From the NCBI GenBank assembly GCA_030390025.1, contig CM059431.1, forward strand, positions 105,278,001 through 105,342,000: a DNA stretch of 64,000 nt, in the 5' to 3' direction. The DNA comes from Squalus acanthias (taxonomy: Eukaryota). Each line of letters starts with the position of its first letter. Positions within the stretch are counted from its first letter, which is position 1. Shown here piece by piece: positions 48,506 through 61,253 of this stretch. The position numbers and the translations under genes were made by a program. The notes under the pieces are model-generated. The model was not told where the DNA came from. It searched no databases and saw only the letters and a program-made list of their open reading frames with translations.

Positions 48506-50355
48506 TGTGAAGGGATAATTACTAGTCCTAGCCTCTTTAGCCGAATCCTAAAGATGCTTAATTGGGTCTAAAGGTCCGGACTATCTCTCCCTAAAGGAAA
48601 GGAACAACCTGAAAATGTTACTGTCCTCCAGATAGCACTTTTAACAAGTTTAGCTAGACTGTAACGTTCCGGATATTATGAGCCTCCGGAAAACTCCCCC
48701 AGAATTCTGCAACTCCTCACCAAAGAGTGTACAGAGATTGAGTTTGCAAGTTTGATACAGAAGTCTTATGTGAGACAATTCTAAAAATATATAGATTTAT
48801 TAAAGAACCGACATGTAATTTACAGTTGGTGAATCAGTCAATCGCAACATTAACCATTCCAAAAAGAGAAAGCTTACAATTCTATTATCAGAGAACCTTA
48901 CTCTCAAATCTTAACTTCGCTACAGTTTTACAGTTCTTAGTTTTCTACAGGATATCCACCAAAATCAAACACAGTACCTTTGATCCCCGAGGTACAAAGA
49001 GTTGAAGACTTACAGAGCCGCCTCTGAAGCCAAGAATTGCTTTGCCCCTTTCCAGCGAGTCTGTTATCCCATTTGAGAGTTCAATATTTATACCCTTTTC
49101 CAGTGGTATTTCTTTTAAGGTTTTCTGCTGATGTAAGCTAATTATCTCTAGTCATTTTTCTGCTGACCCCTGCAATTCTTACAGTCACCTCAGCTTGTAG
49201 CATTACAGAATTATGGGGGGAAAATTGAGTTGCGCCCCCTTTGGGTGCTAACTTCGCCGGGGCGCTACTCTTAGCGCGCCATAGAAATTAGCGCCCCCGT
49301 GCTGGAAATTGAGTGGTTGCACCCCAAGAGGGAAGCGGGGCGCTACTGGAAGCACCCCGCATCCCTCTTGTGGCGCTGCGAGTCAATATCATGGCACTAC
49401 ACGTCGCACCGCGGTATTGCAGGCCTTCCTCCCCTTCTTAAAGGGGAGGGGCCTTGCGCAGCCGAACCGGGGCCCAGCTGGGCCCCTGGGGATCGGGAGT
49501 GCCGGCAAAAGAGCCTGGCACTCAAGAGATGTGCCGGGCTCTTGGAGCGCAGCCGGCACTTCGCGGGGGGGTGGGGGGGGCTTCATAGGGGCCGGGGACA
49601 GCAACGGTGGCAGGTGCTGGCAGGCGGCCAGCAACAAAAATGGCTGCCCGCCACCTCCCCTATAACTACCGCCGCCCCGGCCGCAGGTAGGCCCCCCTGA
49701 CCCCGTCGGACTTGGCGTCCGGCGGTAAGTCAAGGGGCGCTACCGAAGATCGCGGCTGGAGCGCGAGCGGGGCGCTGCGCACGGCAATGATGTCATCGCC
49801 GGCGGCACAGCGCCACAGGGCGCTACCGGTTAGCGCCACCGCTAACCTCCCGCTGAATTTCGCGGGAGGCATGGGCGGCGCCGCACCCGGACGCTAGTTG
49901 CTTTGCGCCCCATTAGCGCCCTCTTAAGGCACTAACGGGAGGTGCAAACCAACTGAATTTTTCCCCCTATGTCTCTTCTCTAGGTGTTCTAAGTTTACCA
50001 TAAAAACCGGTGTAACGGCAGGTGCGTTTTACTTGATGTCATTTTTACGAAGGCAGATGTTTCTTACTTTTATGTGCTTCTTTACGAAGTGTAAATTACA
50101 ACATCTTATACAGGGTGAACCATTGTTTTATTCCGAAAGGTTCAGACTACCGGAGCCTTTAACCTTCTGTTTCAATAAGGCTATTGATTCAGTGTCAAAA
50201 ACTATCTTATCTCTATAGCCAGAATGCTTTCACAGCTTTTTCATAGTTCAGGTTTCTAGATTTCCAAACCCAGTTTGTCATGTTTTAATAAGGCCAGAAT
50301 TCTTTCATAGAATGGTGTATTTTTCTGAATAGGTTATATGGCTTATTCCTTCACA
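48506..50355 (-). mobile_element. Solo LTR-like element, family 2 (~1.1 kb without the nested MITE)
   Basis: TGTGAAGGGATAA ... TTATTCCTTCACA termini; on -: TATAAATA 49092-49085, GTAAGT 49013-49008, AATAAA 48801-48796; TSD ambiguous. Confidence 0.7.
49215..49967. mobile_element. Harbinger-type MITE (family A), intact
   Basis: GGGGGGAAAATT ... AATTTTTCCCCC TIR; TAT TSD (49212-49214 / 49968-49970). Confidence 0.9.
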
Positions 50356-50467
50356 TCTGTTCCCCTTAATATCTTGAAAACTTGACACCTACCTTGACAC
50401 AAGACCACATTGACTAATCAGGTGATTGTTTTCCATGTGCTCACATAGTCTGATAAATACTAACAAT

Positions 50468-50604
50468 CAACGTTCCCTCTAAGCTGCGCTGCCCGTGACC
50501 GGCTTTGACAACGTGAAATTTCGCGCATGAGCAAAACTTTGAATGGGCAGCGCAGCCCATTAAATGGACCGCGCACCCAAATTTAAAGTTTTGGGGGAAC
50601 ATTG
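50468..50604. mobile_element. Short hAT-like MITE inside an old CR1 RT fragment (~50400-50815, -)
   Basis: CAACGTTCCC ... GGGAACATTG TIR; 8-bp flanks CTAACAAT / CTAGGAAT (6/8 match). Confidence 0.6.
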
Positions 50605-50904
50605 CTAGGAATTTTCCTACTGCTGAAATTAAACTCACTGGCCTGTAGTTAATTGGTTTGTTCCCTACTCGTTTCTTCTGAATAAGGGTGCATTGTTTGC
50701 TTCCTATCAATCCTTTGCTACTATTCCTGAATCCAGGGAGCTTTGGAAGATTGTAACCAATGTGTTGTCAATTTCCTCTCCTATTTCGTTTCACACCCTC
50801 GGGTGCAAACCAACTTAGTGTGGATATATGTCTGACTTCAATCTCACTATTTTATTTATTACAAGTTTTCCATTAATGCTAATGACTTCCTGTAAGCTTT
50901 TCAT

Positions 50905-51402
50905 CTTTTTTATTATTCGTTCACGGGATGTGGGCATCACTGGCAAGACCAGCATTTATTGCCCATCCCCAGTTGCCCTTGAGAAGGTGGTGGTGAGCCG
51001 CCTTCTTGGACCGCTGCAGTCCGTGTGGTGAAGGTACTCCCACAGTGCTGTTAGGGAGGGAGTTCCAGGATTTTGACCCAGTGACGATGAAGGTATGGCA
51101 ATATATTTCCAAGTCAGGATGATGTGTGACTTGGAGGGGAATTTGGAGGTGATGGTGTTCCCATGCGCCTGCTGCCCTTGTCCTTCGAGGTGGCCGAGGT
51201 CACGGGTTTGGGAGGTGCTGCCGAAGAAGCCTTGGCGAGTTGCTGCAGTGCACTTTGTAGATGGTACACACTGCAGCCACGGTGCATCGGTGGTGGAGTG
51301 AGTGAATGTTTAAGGTGGTGGATGGGGTGCCAATCAAGCGGGCTGCTTTGTCCTGGATGGTGTCGAGCTTCTTGAGTGTTGTTGGAGCTGCACTCATCCA
51401 GG
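50905..51402 (-). mobile_element. LINE-B 3' fragment
   Basis: MSAAPTTLKKLDTIQDKAARLIG...HHHLLKGN. Confidence 0.88.
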
Positions 51403-51959
51403 TACACTAATTTCTATGGGTTGTCTGTGCATCTGGTATCATATCCTCCATTCCCATTGCTAAGATTGAAGATGAGTAATTATTTAACAATTTTGCCTTG
51501 TCCTTATTCTGATTTTATATTCACATGATTTTCACTCCCCTATGTCCTTGGGTACGGATCGTGGTAAAAGCCCTCTTTTTCTTGTTCATCTATTTTGTGT
51601 TCTACTGAACAGCTCCCTATCCCAGTAAAACAGAAAAAAATCATGCTCCCTTTAGGGTTGGGGCAAATGGATTGCTTATGGAGAGTTTGTCGATTCTTGT
51701 ACATGCTTAAGCACGTCAAAGTGTCTCCTTTTATTCTTAGGTTTACCTTATAAATCCAATTATCACTCAGCATCTTAGAACATCTTTGCAAATATTTGTA
51801 ATTTTATGAGAAAACATCTCTCTAACTCAAATCACCACTGCAGTAAGTCATGTTTAATTCATTCCACGTTACATGTCCTGCTCCTTTGTTCTGGGTAGGG
51901 CTGAAGAAATACAAAACTAGGAAGCATATCAATATATCTTGGGCCCTTACTGTGAGAGA

Positions 51960-52280
51960 TGGACCTAATAGCTGGTTAAGCCATTAATCTCATCTACTGC
52001 ACTTCACCCCTGGAGACCTAGGTTCAAATCCATCATCTTTAAAGGGTCACAGATAAATTGAGTCCCGACAGTTTCAACCTAATCTATAGTGAACAACAGA
52101 TTGCCGTATAAAGCCACCTTATAGTTAGCACCCAATTAGCCAGTCTCAAGTCTGAAAAGCCAAGGATTGATAGTGTGAAACTGTCATCCTCATGCAGCTT
52201 GGTGCTCTTTTGGGGGATGCGATGCATTTGTGGAGCAATACAAGGCATGCTCATTATTCCTGCTAGTCTGTGCTGTGCGG
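51960..52280 (+). mobile_element. Ancient LF-SINE-like element
   Basis: TTCACCCCTGGAGACCTAGGTTCAAATCC B-box head, then TTAGCACCC..CAGTCTCA..GCCAAGGATTGA blocks resembling the LF-SINE consensus as recalled. Confidence 0.45.
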
Positions 52281-52516
52281 CTACTACCATAGAGAGTCAG
52301 AGTTAATATGAATAGCTCTCCATTACCTGTCTCCCAAATAAATACAGTAATGAGCCTCCCTATGTATTAATGTAATCATCACTCCAGGAAAACAGTATCA
52401 GAATTGGATCAAGAAAACAATTACAAAGCTAAATCCTGATACACAAAATTGTTCAAACATTCTATTAAAGCTTCTTTAACCTCAGCCCCGATCAGTGCTG
52501 CACAATTGATCTGCAT

Positions 52517-53587
52517 TCAACAACAGCAACAACTTGCATTTATATAGCACCTTCAACGTCGCAATAAAACATTCCAAGGCACTTCACAGGAGCATTAAAA
52601 GACATTGGCCCAGAAATTCGGGTCGGAGGCTTCCCGCGGGTGCAAGCATAGCGGGTGCACTTACATAGCGCGCCTGCCGTTGTGCTGTGGGCACGCGTGG
52701 GATTCCGATCCTGGGCCTCCTCCAGCTGCCGGTGTGCAGGGCTCGCGTATCCCAGCGGCGAAGCTAGTTCACAGCGTCCCCTGGGATCACGTGGGCCATG
52801 GGGAGCCAATCGGAGCAGGGAATCTCCATTCATAGATTTGACAGGAAGACCTGTCAAATCTATGAATAGAGATCGGCCTCAAAACAGAAGTAAAACTTCA
52901 AATAAATTTAAAAAAACATCACATTTTTAAAAAAAACTATAAATTAGATAAATTAACTATAAACAAAAATTTTAATTTTTGAAAAAATTTATTAAAGTTT
53001 TTAACAGGGCTAAAAATAAACTTACCTTTCTTTAAAGTATTTAAAAATGATAAACCTGTGGAAAAAATGTTTCAATTTTACTTAATTCACCTCTTACCTT
53101 GTTAAAATCAGGCCTTGCGCCTGCTTTTTCCACGCGCAGCTGCTAGTGACTTACCCGCACGGAGAAACCTGTAAAAAAAGCCGAAGGTCGCTGCGTACGC
53201 GCTGCCTCTCCGGCGCACGTGGTTGACCCATGAACCCCTTCCTTCAAGAGACCGGAAGTTCCGGTTTCCCGTGCATGCGCAGTGCATGCGCGAAACCGAC
53301 ACTTCCAGTGGCCCTACGGGTGAGTACACAGCGCGTACTCACCCGTGGGGACCCGAATTTCTGGCCCAATATTTGTCACCGAGCCACATAGAGAGATATT
53401 AGGACAGGTAATCAAAAGCTTGGTCAAAGAGGTAGGTTTTAAGGAGCGCCTTAAAGAAGGAGAGAGAGGTGGAAAGGCGGATGAGGTTTAGGGAGGGAAT
53501 TTCAAAGCTTGAGGCCTAGGCAGCTGAAGGCACGGCCGCCGATGATGCAGCAAAGGAACCTGGGATGTGCAAGAGGCCAGAATTGGA
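52517..53587 (-). mobile_element. L2-type LINE 3' end split by a MITE
   Basis: Pieces 52517-52606 and 53368-53587 match the reverse complement of the other L2 tails. Confidence 0.75.
52607..53367. mobile_element. Harbinger-type MITE (family D)
   Basis: 18-bp TIR GGCCCAGAAATTCGGGTC / GACCCGAATTTCTGGCCC (17/18); 3-bp flanks ATT/AAT. Confidence 0.88.
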
Positions 53588-54029
53588 ATCCATCACAGTA
53601 TGCTGAGGCAAATATATGACAAATTCTATTCAAACACATGTTTGGTCCAAGGTGGATGGAACAGTTTGGATTTTTGCGTGCATTTAACATACTCCAAATT
53701 AAGAACATTACATTTAGAATAGCCTCATATTTGATAGCAACTTGAATGGTGCAGCAAGTTTATCCAGTGACCAAAATGATCCATACAGATGAGAAAGATT
53801 CCAGGTTTGGTCCCTGTTCTATAGTGAGTTTGCAGATCTCAAACTGGGGTAATAGTAAAGTTGTTACAATTGGCCTGAGGTAGAGGGAAATCAACCAGTT
53901 TTCCTGCCATACGAGAAATGCACATAACTGGACAGGAAATAAAGGCAAGATCAGGTCTGGCTTGGGTGCCTCCAATCATCTAATTGTCCGTCAATACTCA
54001 TACTTAAGGCTCACACATGAAGGAGGTCC

Positions 54030-54880
54030 TTTGGCCCATCGTGCCTGTGCCAACTCTTTGAAAGAGATACCCAATCAGTCTCACTCCCCTGCTCTTCCCC
54101 CAGCAACTTGCAAATTTTCCCTTTTCAATGTATATATCCAATTGCCTTTTGAATCTGCTTCCCCCACCCTTTCAAGCAGCGCATTCCAGATGATAATAAC
54201 TCTCTGTGTAAAACTTTTTTGCCAATTATCTTTAATTTGTGCCATCTGGCTACCAACCCTCTTGCCAATGGAAGGTTTCTTCTGATTTACACTATCAAAA
54301 TCCTTTATAATTTTGAACACATCTATTAAATCACCCCTTAATCATCTCAGCTTTAAGGAGAACAATCATAGCTTCTTTAGTCTCTCCAGGTAACTGAAGC
54401 CTCAGCTGGAGTACTGTGTCCAGTTCTGGGCACCGCACTTTAGGAAGGCTGTGAAGGCCTTAGAGAGGATGCAGAAAAGATTTATGAGAATGGTTCCAGG
54501 GGTGAGGGACTTCAGTTAAATGGATAGACTGGAGAAGCTGGGGTTGTTCTCCTTAGAGCAGAGAAGATTGAGAGAAGATTTGATGGAGGTGTTCAAAATC
54601 GTGAGGGGTCCGGACAAAGTAGATAAGAGAGAAACTGTTCCCATTGGCGGAAGGGTCGAGAACCAGAGGACACAGATTTAAGGTGATTGGCAAAAGAACC
54701 AAAGGCGACATGAGGAAAAACTTTTTTATGCAGCGAGTAGTCAGGTTCTGGAATGCACTGCCTGAGAGGGTGGAGGAGGCAGATTCAATCGTGACTAGCT
54801 GAAGTACTCTTGCAGAGAGCCGGCACGGGCTCGATGGGCCAAATGGCCTCCTTCTGTGCTGTAACCATTCTATGATTCTT
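54030..54880. mobile_element. Two CR1 3' fragments in opposite orientation (- ~54030-54395; + ~54405-54880)
   Basis: MFKIIK.FD, FTQRV..WNAL; LEYCVQFWAPHFRK; TTCTATGA tail. Confidence 0.75.
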
Positions 54881-56289
54881 TCTATGTCCCTCATCCATGG
54901 TTCCATTCCAGTAAATCTCCTCTACACCCTCTCTCTCCAAGGCTCTCAACTGGTGAGAAAAGAAACAGAAATAAATCATATTTTTTCCTTCCGTACGAGA
55001 TCCCTCTTTATTATGTGATATTGGATCCTGTCTTTTATTTATATGTTGTTAAATCTAGTGTGGTGTGAAGCCAGGTTTAAAGAGTAATGGGGCAGCATGT
55101 TGAGTCTCATAGCTACTTTATAAGCTTTAAGTAGAGTCACTTTTAAGTGTTCAAGAAAGTGAGTACTTCCAAGCTCTCAAAACATTTCAAATTCACCAGT
55201 TGGGAGCAGAGCTCTGCTTAGGCAAGTGAGCCCACGATCTCTGGTCCCACAGATAGGATTGCAGCCAGGCTCTGTTACATGGATTTTGCCTGGCTGTTTT
55301 TCGTACAATGCAACTGCTGGTCTCAAGTAGGTAGCACATTGTAACAGCCTTAAGAAAGGAGCTGTAAGTAATGGTATGTTCATTACTTTCAGTGTCCAGA
55401 CAATGCAGCAAGCTTGAGGAGCAGCACATCATCCTTCGATTAGGCACTTTACAGGTTCTGACCTCAACATTGAGGATAACCACCATTTTCTCGGACAGCG
55501 GATTTAAATCTAAACCTGTGGAAAGGTAAATTTAAAATAGATATTAGGAAGAAACCCTTTACTCTGAAAAGGGGATAAGAGTTTGGCAAACAGTGTAGCA
55601 GAGACAAAAAGCACGAGGGACCTTCAAAATGCAGTTTGATACTGAGATGGGAGAGTTTGGTTTCCAGAGGCATCAGCTTCAGTGGGTTGAAAGGTATCTT
55701 CTTGTCCTTGTCTATTCTTATGTTCTCATGACAACTGAGCCTGTGAGGAATTGGAGGCGTGAATCTGCATCCCATTACTTCATGAGCCAGTGTTCAATGA
55801 TACCATTTGTCATTTCATCTTTAAAAGCGGCTTTGTTGTTTTATCTTAGATTTGTTACCTTTCATTTTTCAATTCTTAGTTTTCTTTCTGTAACTCTTCC
55901 TTTTATTATTGCACTGACTGGGCGAACATGCCCTTTGGTGTGATACTTAGCAAGAAGGTTCTGAGTTCAATCCTGAAGCTGTATTGAATTTGCTGATCAC
56001 AGTCAGGGTGGCTGCGAGGTGCTATAATTGTCTAGAATGTCGCTTAATTTCAAGTTGTAGCTTATTCATATTTATATATATTCATACAGTTCTGGGATTT
56101 TATTTATTGCATCTTAAGGAAATATTAATTGATATTCCCGTTATAAACTGGTAAATCAGTTTGTTCAGTTATAGAATATTCTGGTGTGTTATAGCCAAGA
56201 GGTCTAATAGTCTAAACAAACAATCAAGGGTGCCTGAATGAAATGAGCTGCTACACATTTCTTCCAAACGTCTTTCAGGGATACACAAG

Positions 56290-56815
56290 TCAGGAGTATG
56301 CTGGAATACTCTCCACTTGCCTGGATGAGTGCAGTACCAACAACACTCAAGAAGCTCGACATCATCCAGGACAAAGCATCACGCTTCATTGGCACCCCAT
56401 CCACCACCTTAAACATTCACTCCCTCCACCACCGGTGCACCGTGGCTGCAGTGTGTACCATCTGCAAGATGCACTGCAGCAACTCGCCAAGGCTTCTTCA
56501 ACAGCACCTCCCAAACACACAACCTCAACCACCTAGAAGGACAAGGGCAGCAGGCGCATGGGAACACCACCACCTCCAAGTTCCCCTCCAAGTCACACAC
56601 CATTCCTGACTTGGAAGTATATCGCCGATCCTTCATTGTCACTGGGTCAAAATCCTGGAACTCCCTCCCTAACAGCACTGTGGGAGCACCTTCACCACAC
56701 GAAATGCAGCGGTTCAAGAAGGTGGCTCACCACCACCTTCTCAAGGGCAATTAGGGATGGGCAATAAATGCTGGCCTTGCCAGCGATGCCCACATCCCAT
56801 AAACAAATTTAAAAA
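56290..56815 (+). mobile_element. LINE-B 3' fragment
   Basis: MLEYSPLAWMSAVPTTLKKLDIIQDKA...; followed by an L2 fragment at 56880-57047. Confidence 0.88.
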
Positions 56816-57256
56816 ATCATAATTAGCCTGGGGCAGAGAAGTATGAGTTTTGGGAAGGCTTGAAGTTTTTGTGTAACTTGTCTCTGTAACCTCCTCCAGC
56901 CCTACAACCCTCCGAGATCTCTGTGCTCCTCCAACTCTGGCCTCTTGTGCATCCCCGTTTTTAGTCGCTCTGCCATTGGCGGCCGTGCCATCAGCTGCCT
57001 CGGCCCTAAGCTCTGGAATTCCCTCCCTAAACCTCTGCACCTCTCTAGCACTATATAACAACAGGAAGTATAACTATGCAGACAAGCAGCGCACACAGAC
57101 GAGGGATTTTTTATCAAGCTATTAGTTGATCTCTTATGAAGTTGCACATGGGGAATGAAGACGAAATGTACTCCTCAGTTGCACCAAGGCCATAGAGTGG
57201 GAGAAAATTGAATCTGAGTAATAACACTGAATGCAGTCCCAATTTTAAAGCCATAC

Positions 57257-58005
57257 GGGGAGAAATTCATTATAGCCCCGTTTGGGGCAGTAACTTTTAA
57301 AAGTTGAAAAAATTAGCGCCAGGCTCTAATGTTTTTCAACTTTTAAAAAATTCAGTTTTGTGCTCCAGGAAGGAAATGGAGCACTAAATCAAGCATTCCA
57401 CTTCCTCCCTGGAGAGCAACAGGCAGCAGGCGGGGCGGTAGGTGAGCAGCGCTGCACACTGGGCCATGCAGCATTGCCTCGTTGGAAGGCTCCTTCCCTC
57501 CGTTAAAGAGAAGGGCCATCGCTGCAGGCTCTGCAAGAGCAAAACTTACTTGGTCCCCAACGGCAGCCGCGACCCGGCCTGATTAGCCCGATGCACTGCA
57601 GCAGAGAGCCAGGCTGATCGCTCGCTGGCAAAGAGAAATGACAAAAAAAGAGAAAGAGCATTTGAGATTTTTTTCCACTTACCTCGGCCACCTCGCCTTT
57701 AAGTATCGCCCCCGAAGCACCCGGCCTCCCGATGACCACCTCCTGCAGCTGCCGGTGTTTTTGCCCGGCGATGCAGCAGGGGGCAGAACCGAAGTTTGGG
57801 TCCGGGGCGATGCACACGGCGTTGACATCACGATCTCCGGGTGAAGGAGTTCGGGGCGCAACGTCATACCGCCGCCGCAAACCTCCCGCCGAATATAGCG
57901 GGAGTCAATCTTCTCGCCGTGCCCGGTCAGTAAGTGATTAGCGCCCCATTATCGGCCCCCCGGAGGCAATAACGGGAGGCGCTAAGGTGCCCAATTTCTA
58001 GCCCC
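57257..58005. mobile_element. Harbinger-type MITE (family C)
   Basis: GGGGAGAAATT ... AATTTCTAGCCCC; TAC TSD (57254-57256 / 58006-58008); homolog of 12369-13078. Confidence 0.88.
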
Positions 58006-58160
58006 TACACTCTGTCCTTATTTTTATATTTGCTTTATAAATTCCTATGACCACATTTAAAATGGAAATTGCCTATATAAGTTTGCCACAACTGTAATTA
58101 CACCCCCCTGCCCCAATCCCTTACAGTGGTGGAAATGGAATGCCCCCACTGGTAGATGAT

Positions 58161-58923
58161 GGGCCAGAAATTCGGCTGTTGTCGGGTGAGTACGCGCTGT
58201 GTACTCACCCGTAAGGCCACCTGAAGTGCCGGTTTCCTGCATGCACTGCGCATGCGTGGGAAACCAGAACTTCCGTTCCCCTGAAGGGAGGGGTTCGGAA
58301 GTCGAACGCGTGTACGGGAGAGGCTGCGCGCACGCAGCGAACTTCGGGTTTTTTTCAGGTTTCTCCGGGAAGGTAAGTATGGAGAAGCTGCGCTTTTAAA
58401 AAGGAGGCGCAAGGCCTGTTTTTAACAAGGTAAGTGGTTAATTAATTACAATTTAAACATTTTTTCAACAGGTTTATCTTTTTTAGATACTTTAAAGAAA
58501 GGTAAGTTTATTTTTAGCACCGTTAAAAAGTATAGTAATTAATTTTTTCAAAAATTAAAATTTTTGTTTAAAGTAGTTAATTTATTTAACTTATAGCTAT
58601 TTTAAAAATGTGATTGAAAAAAAAAATTATTTGAAGTTTAAGTGTGGTTTTGGGGCCGATCTCTATTCATAGATTTGACGGTCTTCCTGTCAAATCTATG
58701 AATGAAAATGCCCTGCTCGATTGGCTCTCCATGGCCCACATGATCCCAGGGGACGCTTCGAACTAACTGCGCCCCTGGGATACACAAGCACTGCGCGCCG
58801 GCAGCTGGAGGAGGCCCAGGACCCTGAAGTCCTCGTGGGCCCAAAGCACAATTGCAGGCACGGTGGGCAAGTACGCGCGCGATGCTTGCACCCGCAGGAA
58901 GCCGGAAAGCCGAATTTCAGCCC
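58161..58923. mobile_element. Harbinger-type MITE (family D), opposite orientation to 52607-53367
   Basis: GGGCCAGAAATTCGGCT ... AGCCGAATTTCAGCCC; perfect GAT TSD (58158-58160 / 58924-58926). Confidence 0.9.
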
Positions 58924-59539
58924 GATGTCATTAGAGGGTAATAAGCTTAGATAGCAATTTCCATTAATAAAGGTGAAATAAGAATTTAGAATGGAAACAG
59001 TGACAGGAAATGCATCCAGCTTTGTTTTATATAGTACAGCACACAAACACACACGTAGAAGCAGAGACTTTAGAAGGCTCATAGATTTCATTCCATTTAT
59101 GCCCCACTGGAATAGTATCTGGTGAATTTCTGACAGCAGTACAAAGGCAGTCTTAAGAGCCGACTAAATATATTGCCACAGACAGCGTCTATCGACCTGC
59201 AATGCTCATTGAAATTTGGTTCATCTGAATTCTATCCAGGAGCAATTTCTCCAACTTTTTCAGGTAATCCTTCACTAATACTTCATCCTCAAATTATTTT
59301 CCCCCCCAACAAATGATTCTCCTCAGAGAACATCTATTGAATGTCTTCAATTGCCCAAAAGAAGAAAAATAAGAGCAATGCAATGATTTATTACACCAGG
59401 ATATGAAGAGCTCTGCTGAATTTAAGAACTGCGTCCATATAGGTTGTGTTTCTTACCCTGCACAAATGAAAGGTTCTGGCAATGGAAAACTGAGACTGCA
59501 TGATAGCAAACAACAACAATAACAACTTGCATTTATATA

Positions 59540-61253
59540 AGAATATAAGAACATAAGAAATAGGAGCAGGAGTCGGCCATTCAGCCCTTCGAGCCTGCTC
59601 CGCCATTCAATAAGATCATGGCTGATCTTCTACCTCAACTCCACTGTCCTGCACTATCCCCATATCCCTTGATTCCCTTAATATCCAAAAATCTATCGAC
59701 CTCTGTCTTGAATATACTCAACGACTGAGCATCTACAGCTCTCTGGGGTAGAGAATTCCAAAGATTCACCACCCTCCGAGTGAAGAAATTTCTCCTCATC
59801 TCAGTCCTAAATGGCCTTCCCTTTATTCTGAGACTGTGACCCCTGGTTCTGGACTCCCCAGCCAGGGGGAAACATCCTCCCTGCATCTACCCTGTCAAGC
59901 CCTGTAAGAATTTTGTATGTCTCACTCTTCTAAACTCTAGAGAATATAGGCCTAGTCTACTCAATCTCTCCTCATAGGACAATCCCCCCATCCCAGGAAC
60001 CAGTCTGGTGAACCTTCGTTGCACTCCCTCTATGGCAAGTATATCCTTCCTTAGGTAAGGAGACCAAAACTGTACACAATACTCCAGGTGTGGTCTCACC
60101 AGGGCTCTATATAATTGCAGTAAGATGTCTTTACTCTTATACTCAAATCCTCTTGTAATAAAGGCCAACATACCATTTGCTTTCCTAATTGCTTGCTGTA
60201 CCTGCATGTTAACTTTCAGTGATTCGTGTACAAGGACACCCAGGTCCCTCTGAACACCAATATTTCCCAATCTCTCACCATTTAAAAATTACTCTGCTTT
60301 TCTATTTTTCCTACCAAAGTGGATAACTTCACATTTCTCCACATTATATTCCATTTGCCATGTTCTTGCCCACTCACTTAGCCTGTCTATATCTTCTTGA
60401 AGCCTCTTTGCATCCTCCTCACTACTTACATTCCCACCCAGCTTTGTATCATCAGCAAACTTGGATATATTACATTTGGTCCCCTCATCTAAATCATTGA
60501 TATAGATTGCGAATAGCTATGGCCCAAGCACTGATCCTTGCGGTACCCCAGTAGTTACAGACTGCCAACCCGAAAATGACCCGTTTATTCCTACTCTCTG
60601 TTTTCTGTCCGTTAACCAATCCTCAATCCATGCTAGTATATTACCCCCAATCCCATGAGCCATAATTTGGTTTAATAACCTCTTGTGTGGCACCTTATCG
60701 AATGCCTTCTGAAAATCCAAACACACCACATCCACTGGTTCCCCCTGATCTATTCTGCTAGTTACAACCTCAAAAAACTCTAACAGATTTGTCAAACACG
60801 ATTTCCCTTTATAAATCCGTGTTGACTCTGCCCAATCCTATTATTATTTTCTAAGTGCCCTGTTACCATGTCCTTAATAATAGATTCTAACATTTTCTCT
60901 ACTACTGATGTCAGGCTAACTGATCTGTAGTTCCCCATTTTCTCTCTCCCTCTTTTCTTAAATAGTGGGGCTACATTTGCTACCTTCCAATCCGCGGGAA
61001 ACATTCTAGAATCTATGGAATTTTGGAAGATGACAACATCATAAGCCTCTTCTTTTGATCTAATACTATCTTTAACTTCTCTTGTTAGCCACGGTTGGAC
61101 CACTTTTCCTGTGAGGTTTTTATGCCTTAAAGGAATGTGTATTTGTTGTAGATTATGTATTAATTCTTTAAATGCTAGCCATTGCTTGTCTACTGTCATA
61201 CCTTTTAATGTAGTTTCCCAATCTATCTTAGCCAACTCGCCCCTCATACCTAC
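59540..61253 (-). mobile_element. CR1 LINE with internal deletion, interrupted at 61253 by the ERV
   Basis: MRGELAKIDW..., [47 protein letters not shown] tail. Confidence 0.93.

Larger units (their letters stand above)
48163..50390 (-). mobile_element. CR1 3' fragment split by a solo LTR (pieces ~48163-48505 and ~50356-50390)
   Basis: ..TCTATCTACCCTATC | TGTTCCCCTTAATATCTTGAAAAC continuity across the insert. Confidence 0.75.
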
